Positions 17,697-28,100 of a stretch of 53,460 nt of DNA are shown piece after piece. The position numbers were made by a program, and so were the translations under genes. The DNA lies in the IMG/VR virus record IMGVR_UViG_3300032224_000722, positions 1 to 53,460 of that record; one strand, 5' to 3'. Numbering within the stretch: the first letter of the stretch is position 1; each line of letters begins with the position of its first letter. The notes beneath the pieces were generated by a model. The model worked only from the letters and a program-made list of their open reading frames with translations, did no database searches and had not been told where the DNA came from. This stretch comes from a virus (Duplodnaviria > Caudoviricetes).

Positions 17697-18809
17697 TTAA
17701 GGTAGTGGACCGTAACAAGCACTTCCTGAAGATTGATTACGCTGACTATATACTGAGCCCAATACTTGGTGACTATCCGAAGGATAATATGTTTTAACAG
17801 AAACGTTATTTTGTGCGCCGTTATATCCTGCGATAAAGTAACCGTAGTCTTGTCCCATAACTGCACATTGCTCGCCGTTGTTATACTGTTGGCTAGGTGA
17901 ACTCGACCAGCTTTCGCTTGCAACGTTAAATCTTGACATAGCGGATGAAGCGTTTGGATTCATGTACCACTTGTAGTATTTTGTTGGCATCGCTTTACCA
18001 GCTTGACCGCCACCGAACGGAGCTTCACCTGTAGTTGCACCGGATGCTGTCATTGTGGAATAGTTCCATCTGTATGGACCACTTTGGCCTGGAGTAAAGT
18101 TATACCCGTAATTGTTTTCTGCAGGAACACCAGCACCATAGGAGTGCGAACCTGGAGTTGCATAACCAACACCCCAGCTGTTTGTTGTATAGTTAATATA
18201 GTTTCCTGTACCACCAATTTGGATCATACCGTATTGGTTATTAGCACCAGTTTTAGTACCATTATGCCAAGAGTTAGGTGAGTAAGAACCTGTTGGACGA
18301 TTTGAAATCGTTGTAAGCGTCCATGATGCCCAGTCTTGTATGTTTGCTTGAACGCTTGAGTTACCTTGGTGGTGATATGCGTACCACTCTGAACTATGCC
18401 ATCCACCATAATAATTTGTAAAGGACAATGTTTGTGGTTGTTCTAGAGCAACGTCACAACTGTGATGTACACGTAAAATTTGTGACCAAATACTTCCGCC
18501 TACATAACCACCAGATACGCAACCTTGTTGTAATACGATTTCGTTTTTATAATCGTTTGGTTTAGCTACAAACTTGTACCACGCATAGTAAGCCTGAGAG
18601 CCGCCTGATGAAATTGGAACGTAGGTGTTACCGGCAGGGCCAGTTGATGGATATCTGTTAGTTGAAAATACAAATTCGTTAATATCACTAACATATCCGA
18701 TATAACCCGGGGTTGCAGTCGCACTTAAATTAGTACGAGCAGTATACTTTGCAGGAATAATGTTTCCTGTGTTATCAATAACTAATAGTCCGTTGCTGTA
18801 AATTGCCAT
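17697..18809 (-). CDS. Putative virion/fibre-associated beta-propeller (Kelch-like) protein
   Basis: 370 aa rich in G/S/N/Y/W, with repeated blades of the type GCVSGGYVGG, YGYFIAGYNG, RFN..SESW. Confidence 0.55.
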   Translation of the reverse strand: MAIYSNGLLVIDNTGNIIPAKYTARTNLSATATPGYIGYVSDINEFVFSTNRYPSTGPAGNTYVPISSGGSQAYYAWYKFVAKPNDYKNEIVLQQGCVSGGYVGGSIWSQILRVHHSCDVALEQPQTLSFTNYYGGWHSSEWYAYHHQGNSSVQANIQDWASWTLTTISNRPTGSYSPNSWHNGTKTGANNQYGMIQIGGTGNYINYTTNSWGVGYATPGSHSYGAGVPAENNYGYNFTPGQSGPYRWNYSTMTASGATTGEAPFGGGQAGKAMPTKYYKWYMNPNASSAMSRFNVASESWSSSPSQQYNNGEQCAVMGQDYGYFIAGYNGAQNNVSVKTYYPSDSHQVLGSVYSQRNQSSGSACYGPLP

Positions 18810-18832
18810 TTTGGTAAATTCCTTGTGTATTC

Positions 18833-21496
18833 TTATTTATTAAGCAGTTGGGTTACCAACGCTTTTAATTCGTCAATTTGCGCCTGTTGCGCTTGTATTG
18901 TATGCTCGTGTTCTTTGATAGCATTAACTAATAGTGGAACCACGCGATCATACTGTGCTGTTAGATAGTTTTCGCCTGATTTAGACTTAGATTCTGTTTT
19001 TAGATTCTCATCTTGATCAAATGGTGCCGGAACTACAACTTCTGGAATTACTAGATTAAGTTTCTGAGCACTTAAACCAAGTTTTCTGCGGTTGCCGACT
19101 ACTCCTAATGATTTTGCAATTTCGTTATCATAGTAGTAGAACCCCTCTAATTGCATTACTTTTGCAACTGCATCAGTAATAGGTCCTTCGATAATTTTTA
19201 ATCGTTCGTCTGACGTTGCAGAATATACGTCGCCGACAACATAAAGCGTACCACCGCAAGTTGAGTTGTTACTATCTAGTTGCCAGTACCATGGCCATTG
19301 ACCGTTAACCTGCGTCCATGCACCTGATCCTGCATCTGCGCCGGCACGTAGGACATATAACCTGTTGCTATTGTTGTGTAGATATGCGTTATTTTCGTCT
19401 GTATCACGGAAGTGGATTGTTGGAGCACCAGTTCTAATACCAATGTCGCCACCGGTACCGCTAGAACCGTTGTTAATATAAATGTTGTATGCTTGGTTAC
19501 CAGTGAATGTATGTGTACCAGTTGCGCTTACGTTACCGTTCGATGACGTTAAAGTCCAGTTGTCGCCGGTTCCGCTGTTCGAAATAAAGTTGTATGATTG
19601 ATCAACACGGAATCTATACCCGCTTGCCGTATTGCTACCATCGCCCCAACGCTGTAAGTTGATAGAACCCGATCCTGGACCTACTTGTAGTACTGCGCCA
19701 CCGCCTTCTATCGCGTTAGTTGTACCAACACCAAATCCAGCTGTACCAGCATAAAATCTTCCACCTGTGCCGCCCGCTGTATTGCCTGTTACAGTCAGCT
19801 TGCCGCCGGTTGGGTCAAATATCAAGTGACTAGAGTCAATATAGTCAGTTGTAATATTACCGCTAGTTGCGTTGGTAAACATTGGATAATAACCAGTACC
19901 AGTAGCAACGTTAGTAACGCTAGCCGCGGCCGGAGCCCACTGGATTCCGGAACCAGTTGTTTGTAAGAAGTATCCGTTAGTACCTGCAGTTGGGGTTGCA
20001 CCTGCATATAGCGCACCACTTAGTAATAAACCAGATGCTATACTTGCGCCTCCACTAACTACCAGCGAACCCGAACCTGCTGTTGCGCTCGCCGCCGTTG
20101 TTGCACTAATAGTTACGTTACCGTTAGCATCAATAAAGATACGTTGGGTGCCTGCGCCGTTAGCGATAACAATCTGACCGTTGGCACTAACTGTACCACC
20201 ACTGTTGTTACCAAGAATAACACAGTTGTCGTAGCCCAGTGCATTACCTGCATTGTAACCAATTAATACGTTGTTATTATTTGTTGAAATCGTTGAACCA
20301 GCGCCAAATCCAATTGCAGTATTGTTAATGCCGCTTGCCATCAATAGCAATGCGTTTGTACCGATAGCAGTATTACCACCGGTGACTAATGAACCTGAAC
20401 CTAACGCACGATAACCGATAGCAGTATTATTTTGTACGCTGGCGCCTGAGGCCGCAGATAACGCTGAGGTTCCTATACCTGTATTGTTTGAACCAGCTAC
20501 AATTAGCTGACCTGCAACGTTACCAACGAACGTATTGTTACCACCTGTAGTTACACCGTTACCTGAATTGTATCCTAAGAATGTGTTTGCCGTGCCGCCC
20601 GTTGTTAAACTTGCGCCTGATGAGTTACCGACTACAGTATTTGTTGTGCTGGCTAAGTTACCTTGTCCGATGCGTACTGAGTTAAAATAACTGTCTGCAC
20701 CTGCCCAGTGTGCGCCACCGGAACTAATACCACCATAGGTTGTAATAGCACCAGTTGATGTACTGGTTGCCGCTGTTGATTGTGGAATGACAATTTGATT
20801 GTATAACACATTCAATGAGTTGTATTGTGTAGCTACAGCACCCGCACTTTGGCTTGCGGCCGATACTAAGAATTTAAATCCGTTTGAATCTTGTAATTGA
20901 ATTTGACCGTTGAAGCCGGTGCCCATTACAGTATATGCAGAACCGTCTAGAGTATAGCTGTTAAAACCAATTCCACGATAAGAACCAGTTTGAAGTGCAA
21001 GACCAGTTAATGAGTTAGTGGTAAGATATGCCGCAACGTTTGTAGTTGTATTAACTGATAGGCCGTACGTGCTGGCCGCGCCGCCGACTGCTAGGTTAGC
21101 ACTTAGGTTAAACGATCCACCAATGTTCAAGTTACCACTGATGCCTACACCACCCAAAACCTGTAGTGACCCTGTACCTGTAGTTGTTGACTGTGTATTG
21201 CCGCCAACTGTGACATAACCCTGATATGGTGCTAGTTGTATTTGCCCTGTGCTGTTTACTGTGATACTTGGAATACCGCTAACGTCGTTGACTTGGAAAA
21301 ACTGTCCAGTCATACCATCACCGATGGTGTGTACCTGTCCCGCCGTTGCTTCCCAACTCAATGTACCAGCATCTAGCACACGGGCATACAAGGTCGCAGA
21401 TGAGCTTGCGCTACCGCCCTGGTACGCAACTATAGGCTCGGCTGTGCCAGAACCTATGTTTGGGGTTATTAAAATGTTACGATTACTGTATGCCAT
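18833..21496 (-). CDS. Tail fibre protein with YadA-head-like repeats and a C-terminal intramolecular chaperone (peptidase S74-like)
   Basis: ~14-aa N-T-A-I-G repeats (about 20140-20680), then SDERLK...G.SAQ......PEVV...Y..VVPLLVNAIKE followed by a coiled coil. Confidence 0.85.
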   Translation of the reverse strand: MAYSNRNILITPNIGSGTAEPIVAYQGGSASSSATLYARVLDAGTLSWEATAGQVHTIGDGMTGQFFQVNDVSGIPSITVNSTGQIQLAPYQGYVTVGGNTQSTTTGTGSLQVLGGVGISGNLNIGGSFNLSANLAVGGAASTYGLSVNTTTNVAAYLTTNSLTGLALQTGSYRGIGFNSYTLDGSAYTVMGTGFNGQIQLQDSNGFKFLVSAASQSAGAVATQYNSLNVLYNQIVIPQSTAATSTSTGAITTYGGISSGGAHWAGADSYFNSVRIGQGNLASTTNTVVGNSSGASLTTGGTANTFLGYNSGNGVTTGGNNTFVGNVAGQLIVAGSNNTGIGTSALSAASGASVQNNTAIGYRALGSGSLVTGGNTAIGTNALLLMASGINNTAIGFGAGSTISTNNNNVLIGYNAGNALGYDNCVILGNNSGGTVSANGQIVIANGAGTQRIFIDANGNVTISATTAASATAGSGSLVVSGGASIASGLLLSGALYAGATPTAGTNGYFLQTTGSGIQWAPAAASVTNVATGTGYYPMFTNATSGNITTDYIDSSHLIFDPTGGKLTVTGNTAGGTGGRFYAGTAGFGVGTTNAIEGGGAVLQVGPGSGSINLQRWGDGSNTASGYRFRVDQSYNFISNSGTGDNWTLTSSNGNVSATGTHTFTGNQAYNIYINNGSSGTGGDIGIRTGAPTIHFRDTDENNAYLHNNSNRLYVLRAGADAGSGAWTQVNGQWPWYWQLDSNNSTCGGTLYVVGDVYSATSDERLKIIEGPITDAVAKVMQLEGFYYYDNEIAKSLGVVGNRRKLGLSAQKLNLVIPEVVVPAPFDQDENLKTESKSKSGENYLTAQYDRVVPLLVNAIKEHEHTIQAQQAQIDELKALVTQLLNK

Positions 21497-21519
21497 ATTA
21501 TTCCAATATTTACCTTAAA

Positions 21520-22173
21520 TTATAGTCCGTATCTGCCCTTGAGTGCAACATAAGATGCACGTACTTGGGATGCAGATAAGGCAGTATTCCAGAAAAGTGT
21601 AGGTCCAATTAGACCGTTGCACGGTCCTGATTGTACACCAACTTGGAATGTAGCATTATTACTTGATGGGCCACTTACAGTTCCCGAGTTATCTAATACT
21701 CCATTATAATAAAGACTACTTACCGCAGTACTACCGCCAGATGCTACTCCGGCAAATGTGCCAGTCCAACAATGCCAAGTGTTTAATGGTATTGTTGCGT
21801 TTGAATATAAATCTCCACCTGTACCGTATGTTTGCCAACGCATCTGTGTCAAGTTACCTGCGTATAAGTTAACGCTGTTAGAACCAGATACATAGTTAAA
21901 GAAACCGCCAGTTCTACTGTTTAAATTTAAAAACTGCATAACAGTAAACCCTGTTGAAAGATTTAAGTTATAACTTGCGCCGCTAACAATAGCACCAGCA
22001 GTGGCATTACTAAAACTAGCACTGGCATAGGTAATTGATGATAATGTTGCCGGTTGATTGTCTATTAGATTATAAGCAGTACTACCCGATCCGCTATAAC
22101 TTTTACTGTTATACGGATCTAGATAATATGCTAGATTTGTTAAGGGAATCTGTGGTCCGAATGTTGATGCCAT
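21520..22173 (-). CDS. LamG / concanavalin-A-like domain protein
   Basis: LAYYLDP.N.KSYSGSG, LNTWHCWTGTF, LYYNGVL, WNTALSASQV...Y.ALKGRYGL. Confidence 0.8.
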   Translation of the reverse strand: MASTFGPQIPLTNLAYYLDPYNSKSYSGSGSTAYNLIDNQPATLSSITYASASFSNATAGAIVSGASYNLNLSTGFTVMQFLNLNSRTGGFFNYVSGSNSVNLYAGNLTQMRWQTYGTGGDLYSNATIPLNTWHCWTGTFAGVASGGSTAVSSLYYNGVLDNSGTVSGPSSNNATFQVGVQSGPCNGLIGPTLFWNTALSASQVRASYVALKGRYGL

Positions 22174-22176
22174 TTT

Positions 22177-25100
22177 TTATCCTTTGAACTCCGTGTTAAG
22201 TTTACCAATGTCTTTACGTTCTGCCCATACTGTGTAGAAGCACTTGCAAGGACCTCCTAACATCGAGTCGTTATCAATAAAGATTGAACCAGTTCCTGCA
22301 TCAATGCGTTCGACATATAATTTCTGGAACTTGCCAATAGGTGTTAGATCAACTGTTATAGTATCCATGTCAACTAACGATAACCAATAGTCCGGAAGTT
22401 GGATCACACGACCTTCTAACTTACCACGAACATATACACCGTTCTCTGGTCCTTCTAAGCTACCATATTGTAACTTGTAACCTTTCTTAGTTGGGTGATC
22501 TATTAAGAAGCTCTTAGCAGTTGCATATAATGTGCCACCGACGTATGCATTTCCACCAATACCAACTCCGCCGTTAACAACTTGCAATGCGCCTGTTGTT
22601 GTACTTGTTGAGTTTGTAGCATTGTTGATAATCAAGCTGTTTGGAGTAGAACCATACAAGCCTAAGTTGGTCATTAGTGTTGCAGTAGTAACAACCTGTG
22701 CATTGTTTACGGTTGCTGTGTTAGCAATATATAAACTACCACCTGCATAAATGTTGTTGTTTGCAGTTACTAGTGCGTTAGTGGTAACCTGGTATGGACC
22801 TGCTAGATAACCAGCTTCGCCTTGTGCGCCCCAGATATAAGCACCTGCACCGCCTGTACCAGCATAGCTAGTGTTTGTTCCACTTAATAAGGTATCGTAA
22901 CCTTGTGCTGAATATACACCAAATGTTGTAATTGCCGCACTTGGGGACGCCCAAACAGTAATTTGGCAACGGTACCAACCGTAGTATCCAACTGGATCTA
23001 TTCTAGCAGTAGTGTTGTATAATGGAGTAGGACCAGCTTGGTAAGCACCAGTGCTTAGGTTAAAATAAACACCATGTGCTGAGCCACCTGCATTTACATA
23101 CAATGCGATGAATGTACGTGTATTTGCCTTGGCATATATACTGAATGTTACAGGACCAGTTACTCCAGTTAATGTTTGTTGGAAGTAATGGTTACCAGTT
23201 GCACCAGATTCTGTTAATAATGTTGCGTTAGTTGTACCGTCTGGGCTTGTTGTAGCATTTAAACCTGCTGAGCCAGCAATCTTAGTCCAGTTACTGTTAC
23301 TTACTGACCAGTCCTGTGAATAGTACAATAAGTTATTGCCGCCTGATGCATATAAACTTGCACCAGAAACGTTGCTTGTACTTTCAATTGGACCGCCAAC
23401 TTGAACATATGATCCGCTATCGTCGTACGCCTTGTTGACAATTAATTTTTGTCCAACAAACAAGTTACCGTATAACGATCCACCACCGTAAACTTGCAAT
23501 GCACCAGATGCTGTTGAAATTGCAACAGTACCGCTAGTTACTGCAATGTATGGAGTACTTGTAGAAGATCCGCCTCCGCCACTACCACCTGATCCAACTA
23601 GTGAACCGTTAGCGTAAATGTTACGTGCATAAATGTCACGTACACCCATGTCGCCTGCGATAATAACAGCACCAGTAATTGTTGAGCTTGCTGTTGTAGC
23701 ATTTGTAAAGTTAGTTACACCAGGAACAGTTACAGCTTGTGTGCTGTTTGCGCTGAATACAATATTACCTGCACCGTCTGAAATAATAACGTTGTTGTTG
23801 CTTGAACTAATACCGCTACCGTTGTTACCACCAATTATAACGTTGTTACCACCGCTAGTAATTGATTGACCTGCTTGGTAACCTAGTAGTACGTTTTGTG
23901 ATCCGCCTGCTAATGTTAAACCCGATTGATAACCAATGATTGTATTTCTTGCACCGCTTGTAATTACGTTACCTGCTTGATAACCGATACCAATGTTGCT
24001 TGCGCCTGTATTAGTTACGCCTGCACCTGCTAGGGCGCCTTGACCGATAGCAACTACATAGTTACCTTGTGCAGTTTGAGCGGCTTGATAACCGATAGCA
24101 ACGCTTGAGCTACCAGGAGTACCACCGTTCATTGCCTGCGTACCAATCGCTACGTTATTAACCGTTGCGCCAGCATTTTGTAGAGCTTGTAAACCAATAC
24201 CGATATTGTAGTTACCAGAGCTTAAACTTGTTAACGCATTAGATCCAATACCTACGTTATATGTTCCACTTGCTACTGCGTTGATTGCACCGACACCAAC
24301 TGCAATGTTACTTGCAACTGCGCCGCCGCCGAGACCGACACGCATTGTGCCAATATAATGATCGCCACCGGAGTAGATTGTTCCTGCTACACCAACACCG
24401 CCTGTGACCTGTAATGCATTACCTGCTACTGCGGTAGTTGCCGATGAAGCGTTACTAATTGTAACAATTCCAGATGCACCTATCGTAGATTGGAATGTTG
24501 CGGCTCCGACTACAGTTGCATTACCACCAACCCATAAGTCTTTACTTAGGCCAATACCGCCCGTTGTGTATAATGCGCCGGTACTTGTTGAGGTAGCATT
24601 AGTTGTATTATTAATATAAATTGGGTTAGTTACTGTGCCGCCGTTAAACGCACCAGTAAATGATCCAATGTTAGCTGTTGTAACAATTTGATATCCGTTA
24701 ATCCAACCTGGGTTATCTAACCATAAGCTAGACGCTCCGATTCCACCTGTAACAATCAGTGCGTTGCCTGCCTTAGTACTTGTGCTTGCAAGAGCCGATG
24801 CAACAAATACTGCACCGGTAAAGCTCGAAGCAGATCCAACATAGAAGTTACCTGTTACACCTGCGCCACCTTGTACTTGTAATGCGCCACTGCTTGCGGA
24901 ACTTGCTACAGTAGCAGTTGTAATTACTAAACCAGTTGGTGTAATTTTAGCCACTTCATAGGAGTTCTGATTAGCAAAGTAAATGTTGCTCGAGAATCCA
25001 ATTGTAGTATCACCGGCTTGTGCGCTTGGACTAAAGTTAGCGGCTGACCCGTTAACTCCAATACGGAAGTCTGCTGTGTTGCCTGTGTTTGTTCTCGTGA

Positions 25101-28100
25101 TATTAAGAGCAACATATTGGCTTGCATTATTAGATAAAATTACATGTTCAGTGTTACCACTTTGAGCACGGAAGCTACCGCGTACATCTAATTTTGCTAG
25201 TGGTGTTGTAGGTGTTGTGATACCAAGGATCATATTTCCTGAAGTATCAATTAAACTACGAATCGTTAATGATGAACCATTTGAAGTGTATAAACCTAAG
25301 TTGCCTGATAAGCCGCTAACTGCACCAACAGCCGCACCACCCGCAGATAATGTTTGGTTTTGATTCATGAAGCCCAAACCAGCTACACCAATAGTAACTA
25401 AGTTACTACCAATCTGCCAGCGATAACCTGTTTCACTACCTTGAACTTCGTAAATTGCGTTTGCGCCACCACCACTTGTGATCTGTACACGTGAGCTATT
25501 GCCAGCGCCGACTACTGTGTCGCCGTTAACTTCAAGAGTTGCATTACCTGGGCTCACGCCTGGATTAGTTGTACCAACTCCAATCTTCTGTGCAAAGTAT
25601 ACATTACCACCAATATTCATACCACCAGTGATACTCGCGCCGCCTAATACTTGTAAGCTACCTGTTGCTGTTGTACCTAGTGTTACTGCTTGGTTAGCTG
25701 TACCGCCAATATTAGCGTAACCACCTGCCCAAATGTTTCCACCTATACCAACACCGCCATTGGTAACTTGGAATGCACCAGTTGTTGTGCTTACTGATTG
25801 TGTAGAGCTGTTGACAGTTAATGAACTGTTGATTGTACCACCGGAGAAATTGTTAATTGTTGCCGCTGTAACAATTTGTGATCCGTTAATGTAGCCGTTG
25901 TTTGCTAGATAGATACTGTAAGCACCAATACCACCAACAACTTGAAGAGCGTTGCTTGTTGTTGATATAGCACTTGATGTAGTACCTAAGATCATTGCGG
26001 CATTACCTACCCACAAGTTGTTACCTGTAGCAATACCGCCCTGTGATTGGATAGCACCAGTTTGTGTTGAGAATGCACTTGTTGTATTTGTGCTGGTCAG
26101 TATGCCAGTAATCGTACCGCCACTGAATTGATATCCTGCAATATTAGCCGCAGTAATAATTGGGCTACCTGCAACATAACCGCTGTTAGCGATGTTTAAG
26201 TATTGTGCGCCAACACCACCTGCAACATACAATGCGTTCTGTGTAACGTTAGCCTGTACCAGGTTAAACAATTGGCTTGCGATCGTGGCACTTGTACCGA
26301 TGTTTAAGTTACCGCTAACACCAACCCCGCCTGTTACAATTAATGTACCGTTAGTTGCCGTTGTTGATTGAGTAGCACCGTTAATTCTTGAGAACTGAAC
26401 GTATTGGGTGTTCCATGGAAGAGAAGCACTACCTAAATTAAATCCGCCACTTGTGCTTGGCGATAAGTTAGCGCCTGATTGCCATGTGCTAATACCGTCA
26501 AATAGTAAACTTGCATAAGTTGCTCCGACTGGACCAATTGCCAATCCTGAACTTGATGCAAGAGTAGCGTTAGTTGAACCGGTACTTAGATAGATTATCT
26601 TATCGTTAGTTTGAATTCTTGTGCTGTCAACGATAGTTTGAATGCCATCAACATACAAGTCACCTACTAGATGTAAACTACCACCGACCCACATGTCTAA
26701 TCCGACACCAACACCACCAGCTACTGTTAGCGCACCGGTTGATGTGTTAACTGCATTAGTTAAGTTGCTTAGATTTAGTGCATTGGAAATTGATCCGCCG
26801 CTGAATGAGTTAATTGTAGAGCTTGTAACAATCTGAGCGCCGTTGATATATCCAACGTCTGTTAAGTAAATGCTCTTACCGCCGATACCACCTGTAACTG
26901 ATAATGCATTACCTGCAATAGTCGTAGTGCTTGCTACTGAACTTGCTATGGTTGCAGTATCGTTTATAATAACGTTTTTGTTAACAGCAAGTCCACCGGA
27001 TACAACTACTCCAGCAAGACCAGCTGTAATTCCAGAGGCCGCTGTACTTGTAGTGAATGTTGTGTTTCCGCCGACATTTAAACTACCTAATGTAATTGTG
27101 TTGATATTGGTAAATGTATTATTAACACTTACCAAGCCACCGTTCATTGTAGCAACGCCGCCTACGTTCAAGTTTAGTAAAACGCCAGCGCCACCTTGTA
27201 CTCTCAACGCACCAGAAATATTTGAACTAGATTGTGTTGTTGTGTTAATGTACAACGGTGTCGTAATCGTACCACCATTGAACGCAATTGAACTTGCGTT
27301 AGCTGTTGTAATAATCTTGCCGCCAGCAATCCAACCTTCTTGTGATAGATATAAACGTGATGCACCAATACCACCAGTAACTTGTAATGCATTACCTGCG
27401 ATTGTACTTGTGCTATTGTTAGAACTAGTGATAAGTTCTGTAGGTGCTTGAATTTGATTCTGTAATACAAAATTACCAGCTGGAGTAAATCTAGCCCATT
27501 CAGCTACTGTAGGAGTTCCACCGTTATTGTAATAATTACCGCCTGCAAAAACTAATGCTTGAGCGATGCCTGCAAACTGTTCACCTACGCTAATCCAGTT
27601 TTCGAATGAGTTACCGCTATCACGACTTGTTTGAGTAATTTCAAACGTAGGAATATCTGCACTAAAGTTTGTTGCCCAGTTAGTTGATACCAAGCTCAAC
27701 ATATTGGAAATTGTGCTTGCAGACCCTGCCTGTGAATTTGGTGATACTAGATCGATACCAAATACAGGATTAGCATTACCAAAGCCAGTTGCGCCGATTG
27801 CAAATCTTGCAACTTCTGCGTTATTAACTAAAATTGCAACTGGTTGATTTGAATATGCGCCAAGTTGTACTGTTGATAAGTCTGCGGCAGGCCCAAAATA
27901 TCCTTGTGTTACAAATGTTGGATCAATAAAGTTATAAGAACCACCACTCCATACATTGCCACCAATGCCAGCGCCACCCTTAACAACTTGTAGTGCGCCA
28001 GTAGTTGTGTTCACTGACTGAGTCGAGCTGTTAATGATCAACACATTATTAATAGTACCACCAGAGTAACTATTCAATGTGTTAGCTGTTAGAATTGGGC

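Noticed and set aside
17686-17718. Track start for the halogenase at 17718
   Set aside because: It overlaps the upstream gene. The Rossmann motif starts right after ATG 17685.
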